Assembly (NCBI GenBank): GCA_002898395.1
Contig: BEHE01000002.1
Location: 1 to 64,000, forward strand
Length of the DNA: 64,000 nucleotides
Direction: 5' to 3'
DNA from: Candidatus Calditenuaceae archaeon HR02
GTDB taxonomy: Archaea; Thermoproteota; Nitrososphaeria_A; Caldarchaeales; Calditenuaceae
Below, one piece after another: positions 19,451 through 28,539 of this stretch. How positions within the stretch are numbered: the first letter of the stretch is position 1; each line of letters starts with the position of its first letter. Made by a program: the position numbers and the translations under genes. The notes under the pieces are model-generated. The model ran no database searches and was not told the origin of the DNA. It was given only the letters and a program-made list of their open reading frames with translations.

Positions 19451-20434
19451 TTGGCTAATGTAGTGACTGAAAATCTTACACGAGTTTTTGAGACAAAGTC
19501 TAAGAGGATCTTAGCGCTTGATGGTGTAAGTTTTGAGGTTCAGAGAGGCGAGGTATTTGGGTTATTGGGCCCCAACGGTGCGGGTAAAACCACCCTCATC
19601 AGGATACTTACAACCCTTCTACTTCCAACCTATGGCCGCGCCCTTGTAGGGGGGTTCGACGTGGTTAAAGAGGCTAAGAAAGTCCGGTCCATAATAGGGT
19701 TCAGTAGTAGCTCTGAGCGCGTGGGGTTTGACTTTGTGACTGCGAGGCGAAATCTATGGTTCTTTTCACAGCTATACGGAACTCCAATAAGTGAGGCGAA
19801 TAGGCGGATCGAAGAGCTTGCCGCGATGCTCGATTTCCAAGACCAGCTTGACCGCAAACTATACACTTTGACTACAGGCTATAGGCAGAGACTCAACATC
19901 GCGCGAGCCTTCATTAACGGTCCCCAAGTAGTCTTTTTTGACGAGCCTACAAACGGCATGGATGTCTTCTCGGCAAAAAAGATCCGTGAACTTTTTGTTA
20001 AAGAGGCAAAGACCAACTCGCGCACTATTTTCCTAGCCACTCACAACATGTTCGAGGCTGAGGAGGTCTGCGACCGAGTAGCTATCATAGATAGGGGTAG
20101 GATCTTAGCCATTGATTCGCCAGAGAATCTGAAGTCCTCGCTAAGTAAGCCAGTGGTTCTTCTTGAGACTGATATTGCCGGCGCCTCGATTGGTGACCCG
20201 ACGCAGCTAGAGGGCGTCGTGGGCGGCACCATAAAAGTAGACGACGAGAATGAAGCAGCGAAAATACGTGTTATCCTTAGGGATGAGGATTTCCTAGAGA
20301 AGATTTTAGGATTGCTGGAAAAGCGTAGAGTAAGGGTTTTCAATTATCAGAGGATTGAGCCTACCTTGGAGGATGTCTTCATAAGTCTTGTTGGGGCGGG
20401 CTTCGCAGAGAGGGAGAGGGGCATTGAGGCGTAG
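19451..20434 (+). CDS. ABC-2 type exporter ATP-binding subunit
   Basis: GPNGAGKTT, DEPTNGMD, H-loop ATHN, PTLEDVF. Confidence 0.93.
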   Translation: MANVVTENLTRVFETKSKRILALDGVSFEVQRGEVFGLLGPNGAGKTTLIRILTTLLLPTYGRALVGGFDVVKEAKKVRSIIGFSSSSERVGFDFVTARRNLWFFSQLYGTPISEANRRIEELAAMLDFQDQLDRKLYTLTTGYRQRLNIARAFINGPQVVFFDEPTNGMDVFSAKKIRELFVKEAKTNSRTIFLATHNMFEAEEVCDRVAIIDRGRILAIDSPENLKSSLSKPVVLLETDIAGASIGDPTQLEGVVGGTIKVDDENEAAKIRVILRDEDFLEKILGLLEKRRVRVFNYQRIEPTLEDVFISLVGAGFAERERGIEA

Positions 20435-21239
20435 TTTCGTAATCTGGGTCAAGGTAGCTGTCTCTCGCGCGCTCATTAGGATCGTTGCAATGTATGGGGA
20501 TCCGCTCTGGATAGTGGTGAATGTGGGGGGCCCTATGCTGACCTCACTTGCCCTAGCTTTCCTCTACAGGTTGGCGGGCCTCTCAAGTCTAACTGGATTC
20601 GCAATACTGGGCGGAGGTATGGTTTCATATTGGGGAAACGTCATATGGTCCATGGCCTCTCAGCTTAACTGGGACAAGAGGTCTGGGATGATCTACCTAT
20701 ACATCGCCTCACCAGCACCACTAACTGCACTTCTCATAGGCATGTCCCTCGGCGGAATACTTGGAACCCTGCCAAGCTCGATAGCTGTCCTAATAATCGG
20801 AACCTTACTCTTCAGACCACCTTTCGCCCCGCCCACAATGGCCGTGGCATTGATCTTCATGCTTACACTGGTTGCCCTATACGGCATGGGTATAGCCCTC
20901 TCGTCACTGTATCTAATCCTAGGTAGGGAGTCGGAGGAGGTTAACGAGGTACTATACGAGTCCATCTCATTCCTCTCAGGCATTTATTTCCCCTCCATAG
21001 GGAGATTTTCACCCCTGCCACTTGCCGTTCAGGCGGTAGCCTCTCTCATACCGCTTACGCTTGGCATGGACGCCCTGCGGAGGACCCTATTCTATGCTGA
21101 GGGGCTGACGGAGCTATGGCCCAACCTATCAGCTCTGGCAGCCATGGCCGTTGCCTCGATCTTTATAGGGTTAAGAACACTGAGCTACATCGAGAGGAGG
21201 GGGCGCGAAACAGGAGATATACTGGTGGCTATGAAATGA
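20424..21239 (+). CDS. ABC-2 type permease
   Basis: About 6 TM helices, FLSGIYFP, IPLTLGMDALR; start inferred at TTG 20424. Confidence 0.87.
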   Translation: MRRSFVIWVKVAVSRALIRIVAMYGDPLWIVVNVGGPMLTSLALAFLYRLAGLSSLTGFAILGGGMVSYWGNVIWSMASQLNWDKRSGMIYLYIASPAPLTALLIGMSLGGILGTLPSSIAVLIIGTLLFRPPFAPPTMAVALIFMLTLVALYGMGIALSSLYLILGRESEEVNEVLYESISFLSGIYFPSIGRFSPLPLAVQAVASLIPLTLGMDALRRTLFYAEGLTELWPNLSALAAMAVASIFIGLRTLSYIERRGRETGDILVAMK

Positions 21240-22063
21240 TTAAGAAACTCGCGGCCTCCATTATGCTCGGCCTTGAAAGAGAGTTTAGCTGGACCTTCCC
21301 TCCGCTTGTAATCCTGCTTAGCATGATTCCGGCGACAGCCGGTGTATTGACAGCGGTGATGGTTTACTGGGTAGGGTCTAGTGCGGCTGGCAGAGCCGAC
21401 CCAGAATGGGTAGCTTTCCTCATAGTGGGTGCATCACTCTACACACACTTCGCCTCCTACATCTGGGCACCCCTCTCCGCTGTCTCAGAAGGAAAGGCAT
21501 CCTACACCTTCCCACTCGTCTTCATATCCCACTCTTCCCTGTCCTATATCGCCGGTAGGATGATCGCATCGTTTATTGAGTCTTCCTTCACTGCAGTCCT
21601 AGCCTTGGGGGCTGCCACCCTTTCGGTTAAGGCGTTGCTCGGCATCACACCAGGACTGGGCTTTACTCCCCTCGGCATAACCCTTTTCTCTATGGGCATG
21701 GTTGTGGGCCTCCTCGCAGCCCTAGGACTCGGACTGATGCTGGCAGCCTATGCGATATTTGTGACTAGGCTTGAGTGGGGCCTACCCGTCTATATCTCAG
21801 GGATTCTGATGATATTCTCCGAGGCGATCTTCCCATCCTCGGCCCTACCTGCTCCACTCCCAATCATTGCCGAATCGCTGCCCTTCACACACATAATAAG
21901 GGCAGCAAGAGCCGCACTCATGGGGCCTCTAAGCCTATACCTAATCGAGCTCGTGTATGCCGCTCTACTGGGCGCCGCCTGGTTGCTTGCCGGGCTAGCG
22001 GTCTACACATATTCAGAGAGGATTGGCAGGCGGCGAGGATACATAGACTATAGAGTCGTGTGA
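21236..22063 (+). CDS. ABC-2 type permease
   Basis: About 6 TM helices, FSEAIFP..LP, LPFTH; ATG at 21236 overlaps the previous stop. Confidence 0.87.
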   Translation: MIKKLAASIMLGLEREFSWTFPPLVILLSMIPATAGVLTAVMVYWVGSSAAGRADPEWVAFLIVGASLYTHFASYIWAPLSAVSEGKASYTFPLVFISHSSLSYIAGRMIASFIESSFTAVLALGAATLSVKALLGITPGLGFTPLGITLFSMGMVVGLLAALGLGLMLAAYAIFVTRLEWGLPVYISGILMIFSEAIFPSSALPAPLPIIAESLPFTHIIRAARAALMGPLSLYLIELVYAALLGAAWLLAGLAVYTYSERIGRRRGYIDYRVV

Positions 22064-22097
22064 CATGACCAGCACATAGGCGCGGGAATAAATACAG

Positions 22098-22532
22098 CTA
22101 TTCTACGACCTCTAACAAATCACGCTCAAGCTTCCAAGCCACCTCATTCAAAAACCACGCAGAGATCTCAACAACCCGCCCACGGCTGACCGATAAGATG
22201 ACGTAGCTTAGGAAAGGCACCGCGTTGAGGTGGTCAAAGTTGCTCGGGATAGCCGGCGCATCAGGGTGGCTGTGATAAACCCCTACCACCATCTCACCGT
22301 TCCGCGCAGCCTCATCCTCGATCCGCATATACTCGAGAGGATCGATCAGGTATCGCCTATTTCTCTCACCGACATGTGAGTTTTTCGTAGATACATGGTA
22401 TCTTACCATCCTTATCCCAGAGTCGAGCCTCCCTATCAATAGCCCGCAGGCCTCTTCAGGATAGCGCCTCGAGACATCATTAGACAGCTCGTCAACCACT
22501 TTACGGGGTATCCTTATCATCTCCCAAGTCAA
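22098..22532 (-). CDS. JAMM/MPN+ metalloprotease (M67, Mec+-like)
   Basis: PEEACGLL and YHSHPDAPAIPSNFD. Confidence 0.93.
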   Translation of the reverse strand: MTWEMIRIPRKVVDELSNDVSRRYPEEACGLLIGRLDSGIRMVRYHVSTKNSHVGERNRRYLIDPLEYMRIEDEAARNGEMVVGVYHSHPDAPAIPSNFDHLNAVPFLSYVILSVSRGRVVEISAWFLNEVAWKLERDLLEVVE

Positions 22533-22629
22533 CCTGCGATCGACTAGTATCTATACATTCGCAGCCTTCTCATGATTAAAAATAACAGCTGGTTCAACCC
22601 TTTTATCTCAGCTGGCTCTTCATAATGAC

Positions 22630-23346
22630 ATGAAGTTTAGAGTCACGCAAATTCCATCGAGGGTCAATAAGCTAGTGGCTGGGCTGCCCGATATGGGCAA
22701 CGTAGCTGGAATAGCTATGGAGCATCTGATCCGTGAGATGCGTCTTGAACCATTCGCCACGTGCGTTGACACTTGGCCACCCTTCGTCACTCATAGGCAA
22801 GGAATCATAGAGTTTGAGAGGGGAAAATACGCTCTGTATTTTAGGGATGGGCTAAACTTCATCGCTATGACTGGAACGCATCAGCCGTCAGAGCCGAGCC
22901 TGCTATATGAGCTCTGCGAGAATGTTCTAGATATTGCCCAGCAAGCGGGTGTCGAGGAAGTCTATACTATTGGCGCAGCACACTATGAAGACGTAATCAC
23001 AGAGCCTCCAAGAGTCTTCCATGCCGCTCTGTCCAATGCGATGGATGAGAAGCTAAGAGGCCATGGCTCCGCGCCACTAGAGTCTGAAGGATACATTACA
23101 GGCTTCAACGGCCTACTGCTTGGTATTGCGAGCGAACGCGGGCTAACAGGCGCATGTCTGCTCGGCGAAATTGGTGACCCGCACGTAAGACAGCCGGCAG
23201 CTGCTAAGGCTGTACTGGAAGTATTGTCGAGTATCCTCGGCATCACACTAGACTATACGCAGCTTGACGAAGAGATAGACCGGATAAGGGCCGCTAGAGC
23301 GTTAGAGAGGATGTATAGGCGCGGACGCGCCCCCGGCGTCATGTAG
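22630..23346 (+). CDS. PAC2-family proteasome assembly chaperone (Pba-like)
   Basis: GLPDMGNVA, YTIGA, ITGFNGLLLG, CLLGE, PAAAKAVL. Confidence 0.88.
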   Translation: MKFRVTQIPSRVNKLVAGLPDMGNVAGIAMEHLIREMRLEPFATCVDTWPPFVTHRQGIIEFERGKYALYFRDGLNFIAMTGTHQPSEPSLLYELCENVLDIAQQAGVEEVYTIGAAHYEDVITEPPRVFHAALSNAMDEKLRGHGSAPLESEGYITGFNGLLLGIASERGLTGACLLGEIGDPHVRQPAAAKAVLEVLSSILGITLDYTQLDEEIDRIRAARALERMYRRGRAPGVM

Positions 23347-23365
23347 CATATCTCATCCCTCCGCC

Positions 23366-24016
23366 TCAGTTCCGCTTGCTTTGGGCCACCGTGATAATCC
23401 ATGGGGATGGGGAACCTAGTCGAGGGGAAATAGGTGCAAGAGAGCGCGTGAGGAGAAGCGCGGGGATCATAGAAAATGGGATGTGTAGGGCGTTATATAT
23501 AGCTGTGAATAATAGCACGAAAAAGAGCTTCTCTCCAGCTGTAGACAGCGAAATCCCCAAAAAACTTGAAAGATATTTAGCACCCAGGTCTAGAAAGAAG
23601 GGGAAAAGCGCCGTCAGCAACACATAGTTAGCTAGAGTCATCACTATTATCCTCGCAGCCGCCCCTAATAGCGCTAATGAGAAAGAGCAAACCCTCGTAC
23701 CCATGCCCGTAGTCAGATGAGCGGCAGCCCAGAACCCTAACAAGCTAGATGAAACCGCCATGAATTTCATTAGGGGGCCGATGGGCGTCCATTCGCCGAA
23801 CATAAGTAATGCGATGAAGTGGCTTGTAGCAGAGATTAACCCGACTGCAGGGCCAAACATCAACATAGCGATAAAAGAAGGAATCTCAGCTATGTCAAGG
23901 CGGAGATATGGGAGGGGTGGGAACGGGAAGCTAAGCGGTAGAAGCCCCAGCGTGAAAGCCAAGCCGCCAAATACCGCTCCAATCATTATACTTCTGCTAT
24001 TAGGACCCTTCCCCAT
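23366..24016 (-). CDS. ECF transporter S-component
   Basis: FPFPPLPYLRLDIAEIP, FGP..G, PIGPLMKF; about 6 TM helices. Confidence 0.85.
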   Translation of the reverse strand: MGKGPNSRSIMIGAVFGGLAFTLGLLPLSFPFPPLPYLRLDIAEIPSFIAMLMFGPAVGLISATSHFIALLMFGEWTPIGPLMKFMAVSSSLLGFWAAAHLTTGMGTRVCSFSLALLGAAARIIVMTLANYVLLTALFPFFLDLGAKYLSSFLGISLSTAGEKLFFVLLFTAIYNALHIPFSMIPALLLTRSLAPISPRLGSPSPWIITVAQSKRN

Positions 24017-24108
24017 TCCAGGCTCCTCGCCGGACCCCTTATCTAATAAATTATGAGTAGCTACTCAGAATGGTGTATCACTGGATTGAATTAATATAAA
24101 CACTAAAC

Positions 24109-24426
24109 TTGCTTGATATTGGCATGATTCCGGAACAAAAGATTGCGGAGCTGAGCAACATTTTTAACGCTCTCGGGAATGAAACGCGCCTCAAGATTCT
24201 CTTAATAGCAAGTCAGAACGACAGGCCCCTACACATTAAGGCGTATGCCCGGCTTTTAAAAAAGAGGTATTCAGCAGTTTACAGACACATCAGTATTCTT
24301 CACAGAGCGGGTCTAGTTACTATATATGAAGTTGGCCGCAGCAGGGTGGTGGCACTAAGAAAGGGCTTGGATATTGGGACACTCATCCGGGCACTGGCTT
24401 CTGTGGGAATTATCACAGATGAGTGA
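24109..24426 (+). CDS. ArsR/SmtB-family wHTH regulator
   Basis: FNALGNETRLKIL, VYRHISILHRAGLV. Confidence 0.88.
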   Translation: MLDIGMIPEQKIAELSNIFNALGNETRLKILLIASQNDRPLHIKAYARLLKKRYSAVYRHISILHRAGLVTIYEVGRSRVVALRKGLDIGTLIRALASVGIITDE

Positions 24427-24431
24427 TAATT

Positions 24432-24474
24432 ATTTCCATTTCTTAGTGATTTAGTACTCAAGAAATCTGGAAAT
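24432..24474. promoter_or_regulatory. imperfect inverted repeat upstream of a TATA box (candidate operator)
   Basis: ATTTCCATTTCTT...AAGAAATCTGGAAAT, followed by TTTATTAA at about 24485. Confidence 0.4.
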
Positions 24475-24518
24475 GAAATGCAAATTTATTAAACTCATCT
24501 ATCCTAATCCAATACGCT

Positions 24519-25145
24519 ATGAAGCGGGTGAACACTAAATGGATAGCGGGCGTGGCGGTCTTGGCTGCACTCGCATATGCTCTCTCTCTGATGAAGCTTC
24601 ACCTACGCTATCCCCTTTTGCCGTTTCTCTCATTCGACATCTCTGAGATACCTGACGTCCTCGCATATTTCATGTTCGGGCTCTCAGGAGGCCTAGTCGC
24701 AGCCGTCGCCCACTGGGTTGCACTAAACTTCGGGACACCCTTCCACCAGCTCGTCGGGCCAACAATGAAGCTCTTAGCCGTCCTATCAACCATGTTGGGA
24801 CTCGAGGCCGCCTCGCGCATCAAAGGTGGGTCAATGGTCCTGAACAGTGTTGCACTCGCCCTCCTCTCAAGGACGGCAATCATGGCAGGCGCTACCTTCA
24901 TCCTCTACTACTACCTCTTCCCCGGTGTATACCTCCCCTTCTCGAGGAAAGTGTTGAGCGGTATCGGGATAGCCGTCGAGTCTGACCTGACTTTGGCGAC
25001 AGTCATGGTGGCATTTACATCCATCTTCAATATCATACACGTATTCATGAGCGTTCTTCCAGCATACGCTGCGTACAATAGGATACTCGCCACCCTACCC
25101 CACCTCCCCTCTAAGCGCCCAATACTCAGGAGCCAGACCAAATAG
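24519..25145 (+). CDS. ECF transporter S-component (paralog of 23366..24016)
   Basis: YPLLPFLSFDISEIP, VGPTMKL, FNIIH. Confidence 0.85.
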   Translation: MKRVNTKWIAGVAVLAALAYALSLMKLHLRYPLLPFLSFDISEIPDVLAYFMFGLSGGLVAAVAHWVALNFGTPFHQLVGPTMKLLAVLSTMLGLEAASRIKGGSMVLNSVALALLSRTAIMAGATFILYYYLFPGVYLPFSRKVLSGIGIAVESDLTLATVMVAFTSIFNIIHVFMSVLPAYAAYNRILATLPHLPSKRPILRSQTK

Positions 25146-25202
25146 TATAGTACCCCTTTTACCAGTGAGCAAGACATAATAAAGGCCATCACCCACTCAA
25201 TT

Positions 25203-25264
25203 TCGGCGATGATGAGTTTGCCGAGTGCGGAAAGAGTGAAGAACCCTGAAGTTATCTGAGCTAA
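25203..25264 (+). ncRNA. C/D-box 2'-O-methylation guide sRNA (probable 23S rRNA targets)
   Basis: Box C ATGATGA (25209), guide GTTTGCCGAGTG, D' CGGA, C' GTGAAGA, guide ACCCTGAAGTTAT, box D CTGA (25256). Confidence 0.85.
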
Positions 25265-25273
25265 AAGAGGTGG

Positions 25274-26317
25274 GTGACTATTTTGTCCATCGAGTTTGAC
25301 GGTTCAGAGATCCGCGAGTGGCTAAAAAAGTCGCGGCCTAAGAGGGTGCTGATTCAGTCGCCACTCGGCCTCAGAGAGTTGGCAGAGCAGATAGGCTCGA
25401 TGGTCTCAAGAGAGGGGGTTGATGCTTTTATCTCTTCAAGCCCTACTTGGGGCGGCTGTGACATTGCTATTGAAGAGGCTAGGAGAGTGGGAGCCGACGC
25501 CATAATCCACATAGGTCACGCCCCCTTCCTCCCCCACGTCGAGTTCTCTGTCCTTTACGTCGAGGCCCGCTACAGAGACTATAAACCGCTGGAAAGCCTG
25601 ATAGAGCCGATAACCGAGGCGCTGACAGGGTATAAAAAAGTGGGTGTAGGCATGAGTGTTCAGTGGCTAAACCACCTAGCTAAATTCATAGACGACCTAT
25701 CTTCTAGGGGCTACAATGCAGTGGCGGGAGAACCTGGCGGCCACCTTATACATAGAGGCCAAGTACTAGGGTGCGACTACACATCGCTGAAGAGAATTGA
25801 GCACCTTGTCGACTGCTATGTGGTAGTGGGGTCGGTCTTCCACGCCCTCGGAGCGGCCTTAATCTCCAAGAAGCCTGTACTCATGGCCGACCCCCATTCA
25901 CAGAAGATTGAATGGATGGCCGAGAGGGCGAGGAGAATACTTGCGACAAGATACTATATGATCCAGAGATTCAAAGAGGCGCGGAGGATCGCTATTCTTG
26001 TGAGCAGGAAGCCGGGGCAATACATGATGGGTCTTGCACAAAAGCTCAAAAAAATACTGAACGAGAATGGGCGCGAAGCTAGCATAATAGTCTCAGACGA
26101 GATAATGATGGAAAGCATAGCCGACTTCACCTACGACGCCTATATCAATACAGCGTGCCCCAGACTAAGCATTGAAGACCAGGCAAGATTCTCAAAACCA
26201 CTACTCTTGCCCGTGGAAGCAATGGTAGCTCTTGGAAAGACAACTTGGGAGGAAGTATTGGATAAAGGGCTAATCCTTAACTTGACTCTCACAGTTCACC
26301 AGTCCACAAATCTTTGA
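25274..26317 (+). CDS. dph2: diphthamide biosynthesis enzyme Dph2
   Basis: Three Fe-S cysteines: WGGCD, GQVLGCD, TACPR; HIGH; KPGQ. Confidence 0.95.
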   Translation: MTILSIEFDGSEIREWLKKSRPKRVLIQSPLGLRELAEQIGSMVSREGVDAFISSSPTWGGCDIAIEEARRVGADAIIHIGHAPFLPHVEFSVLYVEARYRDYKPLESLIEPITEALTGYKKVGVGMSVQWLNHLAKFIDDLSSRGYNAVAGEPGGHLIHRGQVLGCDYTSLKRIEHLVDCYVVVGSVFHALGAALISKKPVLMADPHSQKIEWMAERARRILATRYYMIQRFKEARRIAILVSRKPGQYMMGLAQKLKKILNENGREASIIVSDEIMMESIADFTYDAYINTACPRLSIEDQARFSKPLLLPVEAMVALGKTTWEEVLDKGLILNLTLTVHQSTNL

Positions 26318-26418
26318 ATACGACAACCTTCTATTAGGCTGAAATCGTTTCTCTTCACCTGAGTATGAATACTTCAGCAGATATACTTATATAACGAGTC
26401 AGAAGAGCAGTCTATTGG

Positions 26419-27171
26419 ATGTCAAGAGAACTAGTCGTGGAGACAGAGGGGTTGAAAAAAATCTATAAGCTGGGAAAAGTCGACGTCGTAGCTCTAGATG
26501 GTGTCGATCTTAAGATTTATCGCGGTGAATACATCTCTATCATGGGCCCCTCAGGTTCGGGGAAGACCACGCTATTCAATATGATCGGCGGATTAGACAA
26601 GCCTACAGAGGGCACGGTCTATATAGATGGGGTAGACATCTCGAAGCTAGACTCTTACGAGCTGGCTTGGCTTAGAAATAGGAAGATCGGTTATATCTTC
26701 CAAACATTCAACCTGATACCCACTTTAACGGCGCTAGAAAATGTTATGCTCCCCATGATCTTTGCAGGCGTCCCACGCGAGGAGAGATTTAAAAAGGCTA
26801 AAGAGCTCCTAGAGACAGTAGGGCTTGGCGACAGGCTGCATCATAGGCCTATGGAGCTCTCAGGTGGCCAGCAACAAAGAGTCGCCGTCGCAAGAGCGTT
26901 AGCCAACGACCCCAGCATAATACTGGCCGATGAGCCGACTGGAAACTTAGACCTGAAAACCGGGCGACAAATAATAGATCTGCTAAAAGACCTGAATCTG
27001 AAGAGGAAAGTAACTGTCATAGCGGCAACACATGACTTGAAAATGATAGATGTATCTGATCGTATCCTATGGATACGTGACGGAAAGATAGAGAGGGAAG
27101 AAGAGAGAGGGGCAGTTCGAGTAAGGGTAGGCGAGATAGAGATTGGCGGAGAGCAGGAAAATAAGACATGA
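26419..27171 (+). CDS. LolD/MacB-type ABC ATPase
   Basis: GPSGSGKTT, GYIFQTFNL, LSGGQQQRVAVARAL, ADEPTGNLD, ATHD. Confidence 0.95.
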   Translation: MSRELVVETEGLKKIYKLGKVDVVALDGVDLKIYRGEYISIMGPSGSGKTTLFNMIGGLDKPTEGTVYIDGVDISKLDSYELAWLRNRKIGYIFQTFNLIPTLTALENVMLPMIFAGVPREERFKKAKELLETVGLGDRLHHRPMELSGGQQQRVAVARALANDPSIILADEPTGNLDLKTGRQIIDLLKDLNLKRKVTVIAATHDLKMIDVSDRILWIRDGKIEREEERGAVRVRVGEIEIGGEQENKT

Positions 27172-27201
27172 AATAACAACCATTTAACACTTATGGCATA
27201 A

Positions 27202-28539
27202 TCAGCGACCCCGACTAGTTATGATGTAGGCAATATTTGACAGAGTTATGCCTGCGAAGGCGGCAATATCAACCGGCACAACGTGTGATAGTGAGAAAGA
27301 GAGTGTAGCACAAGCCACTGGATAGGCTATACGCCACCTATTGGTTGGGAAAGTATATGGGAGGGGGATAATAAAGAAGGCAATAAGACTTAGTAAAGGA
27401 TTAGTAAATAGTTTGAGGGCCGAAGATGGGATGGTCAAGAGCATGTCCGTGAGAGGCGATGCTAGCTGTGACAGCTGAAAAGGAATGAAAAGCACAATCC
27501 AAGAAAAGATGAATGCAAGGACAATGTCTATTGTTTTAGTAAATGCCGCCCTTGAGAGACCTAGGACTAGTAGTAGTGTAAAGAAGGTATAGAGGTTGTA
27601 TGTCCCCCATCTAGAAGCCGCGAGTGAAGGGGATGAGAGAATAAGTATTAAAGTGAATGAAAATGCTATATAATTCAGTCTAAGTTCTCCCTGCCCAGAC
27701 AATACCCTGGCCGAAAATAGGCTTACCAAAACTATAGCTAGCGCACTCACATACGACATGTTAATACACATGGCAGTCAGTAGGGATATTGTGAGTGCGT
27801 CCAGAATGTTTCTATACAATCCGCCTTCAAATATTGAGAGAAAGGCTGATAGGCCTACCGCAGTGAAAATTGTGATGCCTAATAGGTAGATGTCTACACG
27901 ATATCCGGTGTAAGTGCCGTACAATAGTATCGACGCCAATAGTGGAGCCGGAGATTTAAGAGTATCTTCCCAAAGTGTCTCTTTTACTTGATTGTCATCC
28001 CTAGGATGAAAAAGCTGTTTGAAGATACCACTTTTTATAATTAAGAGTAGCATGGGCAAATACGCTACAATGTTAAGGAAAAAGTGGAAGTGAACCATAT
28101 TGAAAAATTTTCCTAGGATCCCCGTGCAGGGAGTGCATCCTGTGGTGAGGAACTCATACATTCTATACGTGTGTTCTATGAGATGATATGATTGAGTTGT
28201 GAAACCTATGATGAAGATATTCGGAATAATTACCTCCTTATGGAAGCTAACTAAGACCCATAACTTCATCCTAACGAGTATTATAGCGAGAAATACTAAG
28301 TATAATGTGTTGAATATGAAATGGTTCCATTCTAGGTCTAGGAAGAATAGTAGACCATTTGCCAGCTTTGGCGGTAGACCCAGTACCAAATGTTGATACA
28401 TTTGGACGCTATGCTCGATCATATGCAGTGTTTGAGTCACGAAGGCGGTTAAAGCAACTGCATTCAGTAGTCTATCTGAGCTGAGAGCTTGTAGCCGGTG
28501 AAGTATTATTCTGGTAGGCTGGGCGTTATTATCCCTCAT
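27202..28539 (-). CDS. polytopic membrane protein: duplicated HxxEH...H N-terminal domain plus RnfD/NqrB(UnbU)-like C-terminal domain
   Basis: Repeats TQTLHMIEH..WNHFIFN and TQSYHLIEH..HFHFFLN; C-terminal TM region with LNY..F, SRWG and FFIIP.P.T.P. Confidence 0.55.
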   Translation of the reverse strand: MRDNNAQPTRIILHRLQALSSDRLLNAVALTAFVTQTLHMIEHSVQMYQHLVLGLPPKLANGLLFFLDLEWNHFIFNTLYLVFLAIILVRMKLWVLVSFHKEVIIPNIFIIGFTTQSYHLIEHTYRMYEFLTTGCTPCTGILGKFFNMVHFHFFLNIVAYLPMLLLIIKSGIFKQLFHPRDDNQVKETLWEDTLKSPAPLLASILLYGTYTGYRVDIYLLGITIFTAVGLSAFLSIFEGGLYRNILDALTISLLTAMCINMSYVSALAIVLVSLFSARVLSGQGELRLNYIAFSFTLILILSSPSLAASRWGTYNLYTFFTLLLVLGLSRAAFTKTIDIVLAFIFSWIVLFIPFQLSQLASPLTDMLLTIPSSALKLFTNPLLSLIAFFIIPLPYTFPTNRWRIAYPVACATLSFSLSHVVPVDIAAFAGITLSNIAYIITSRGR

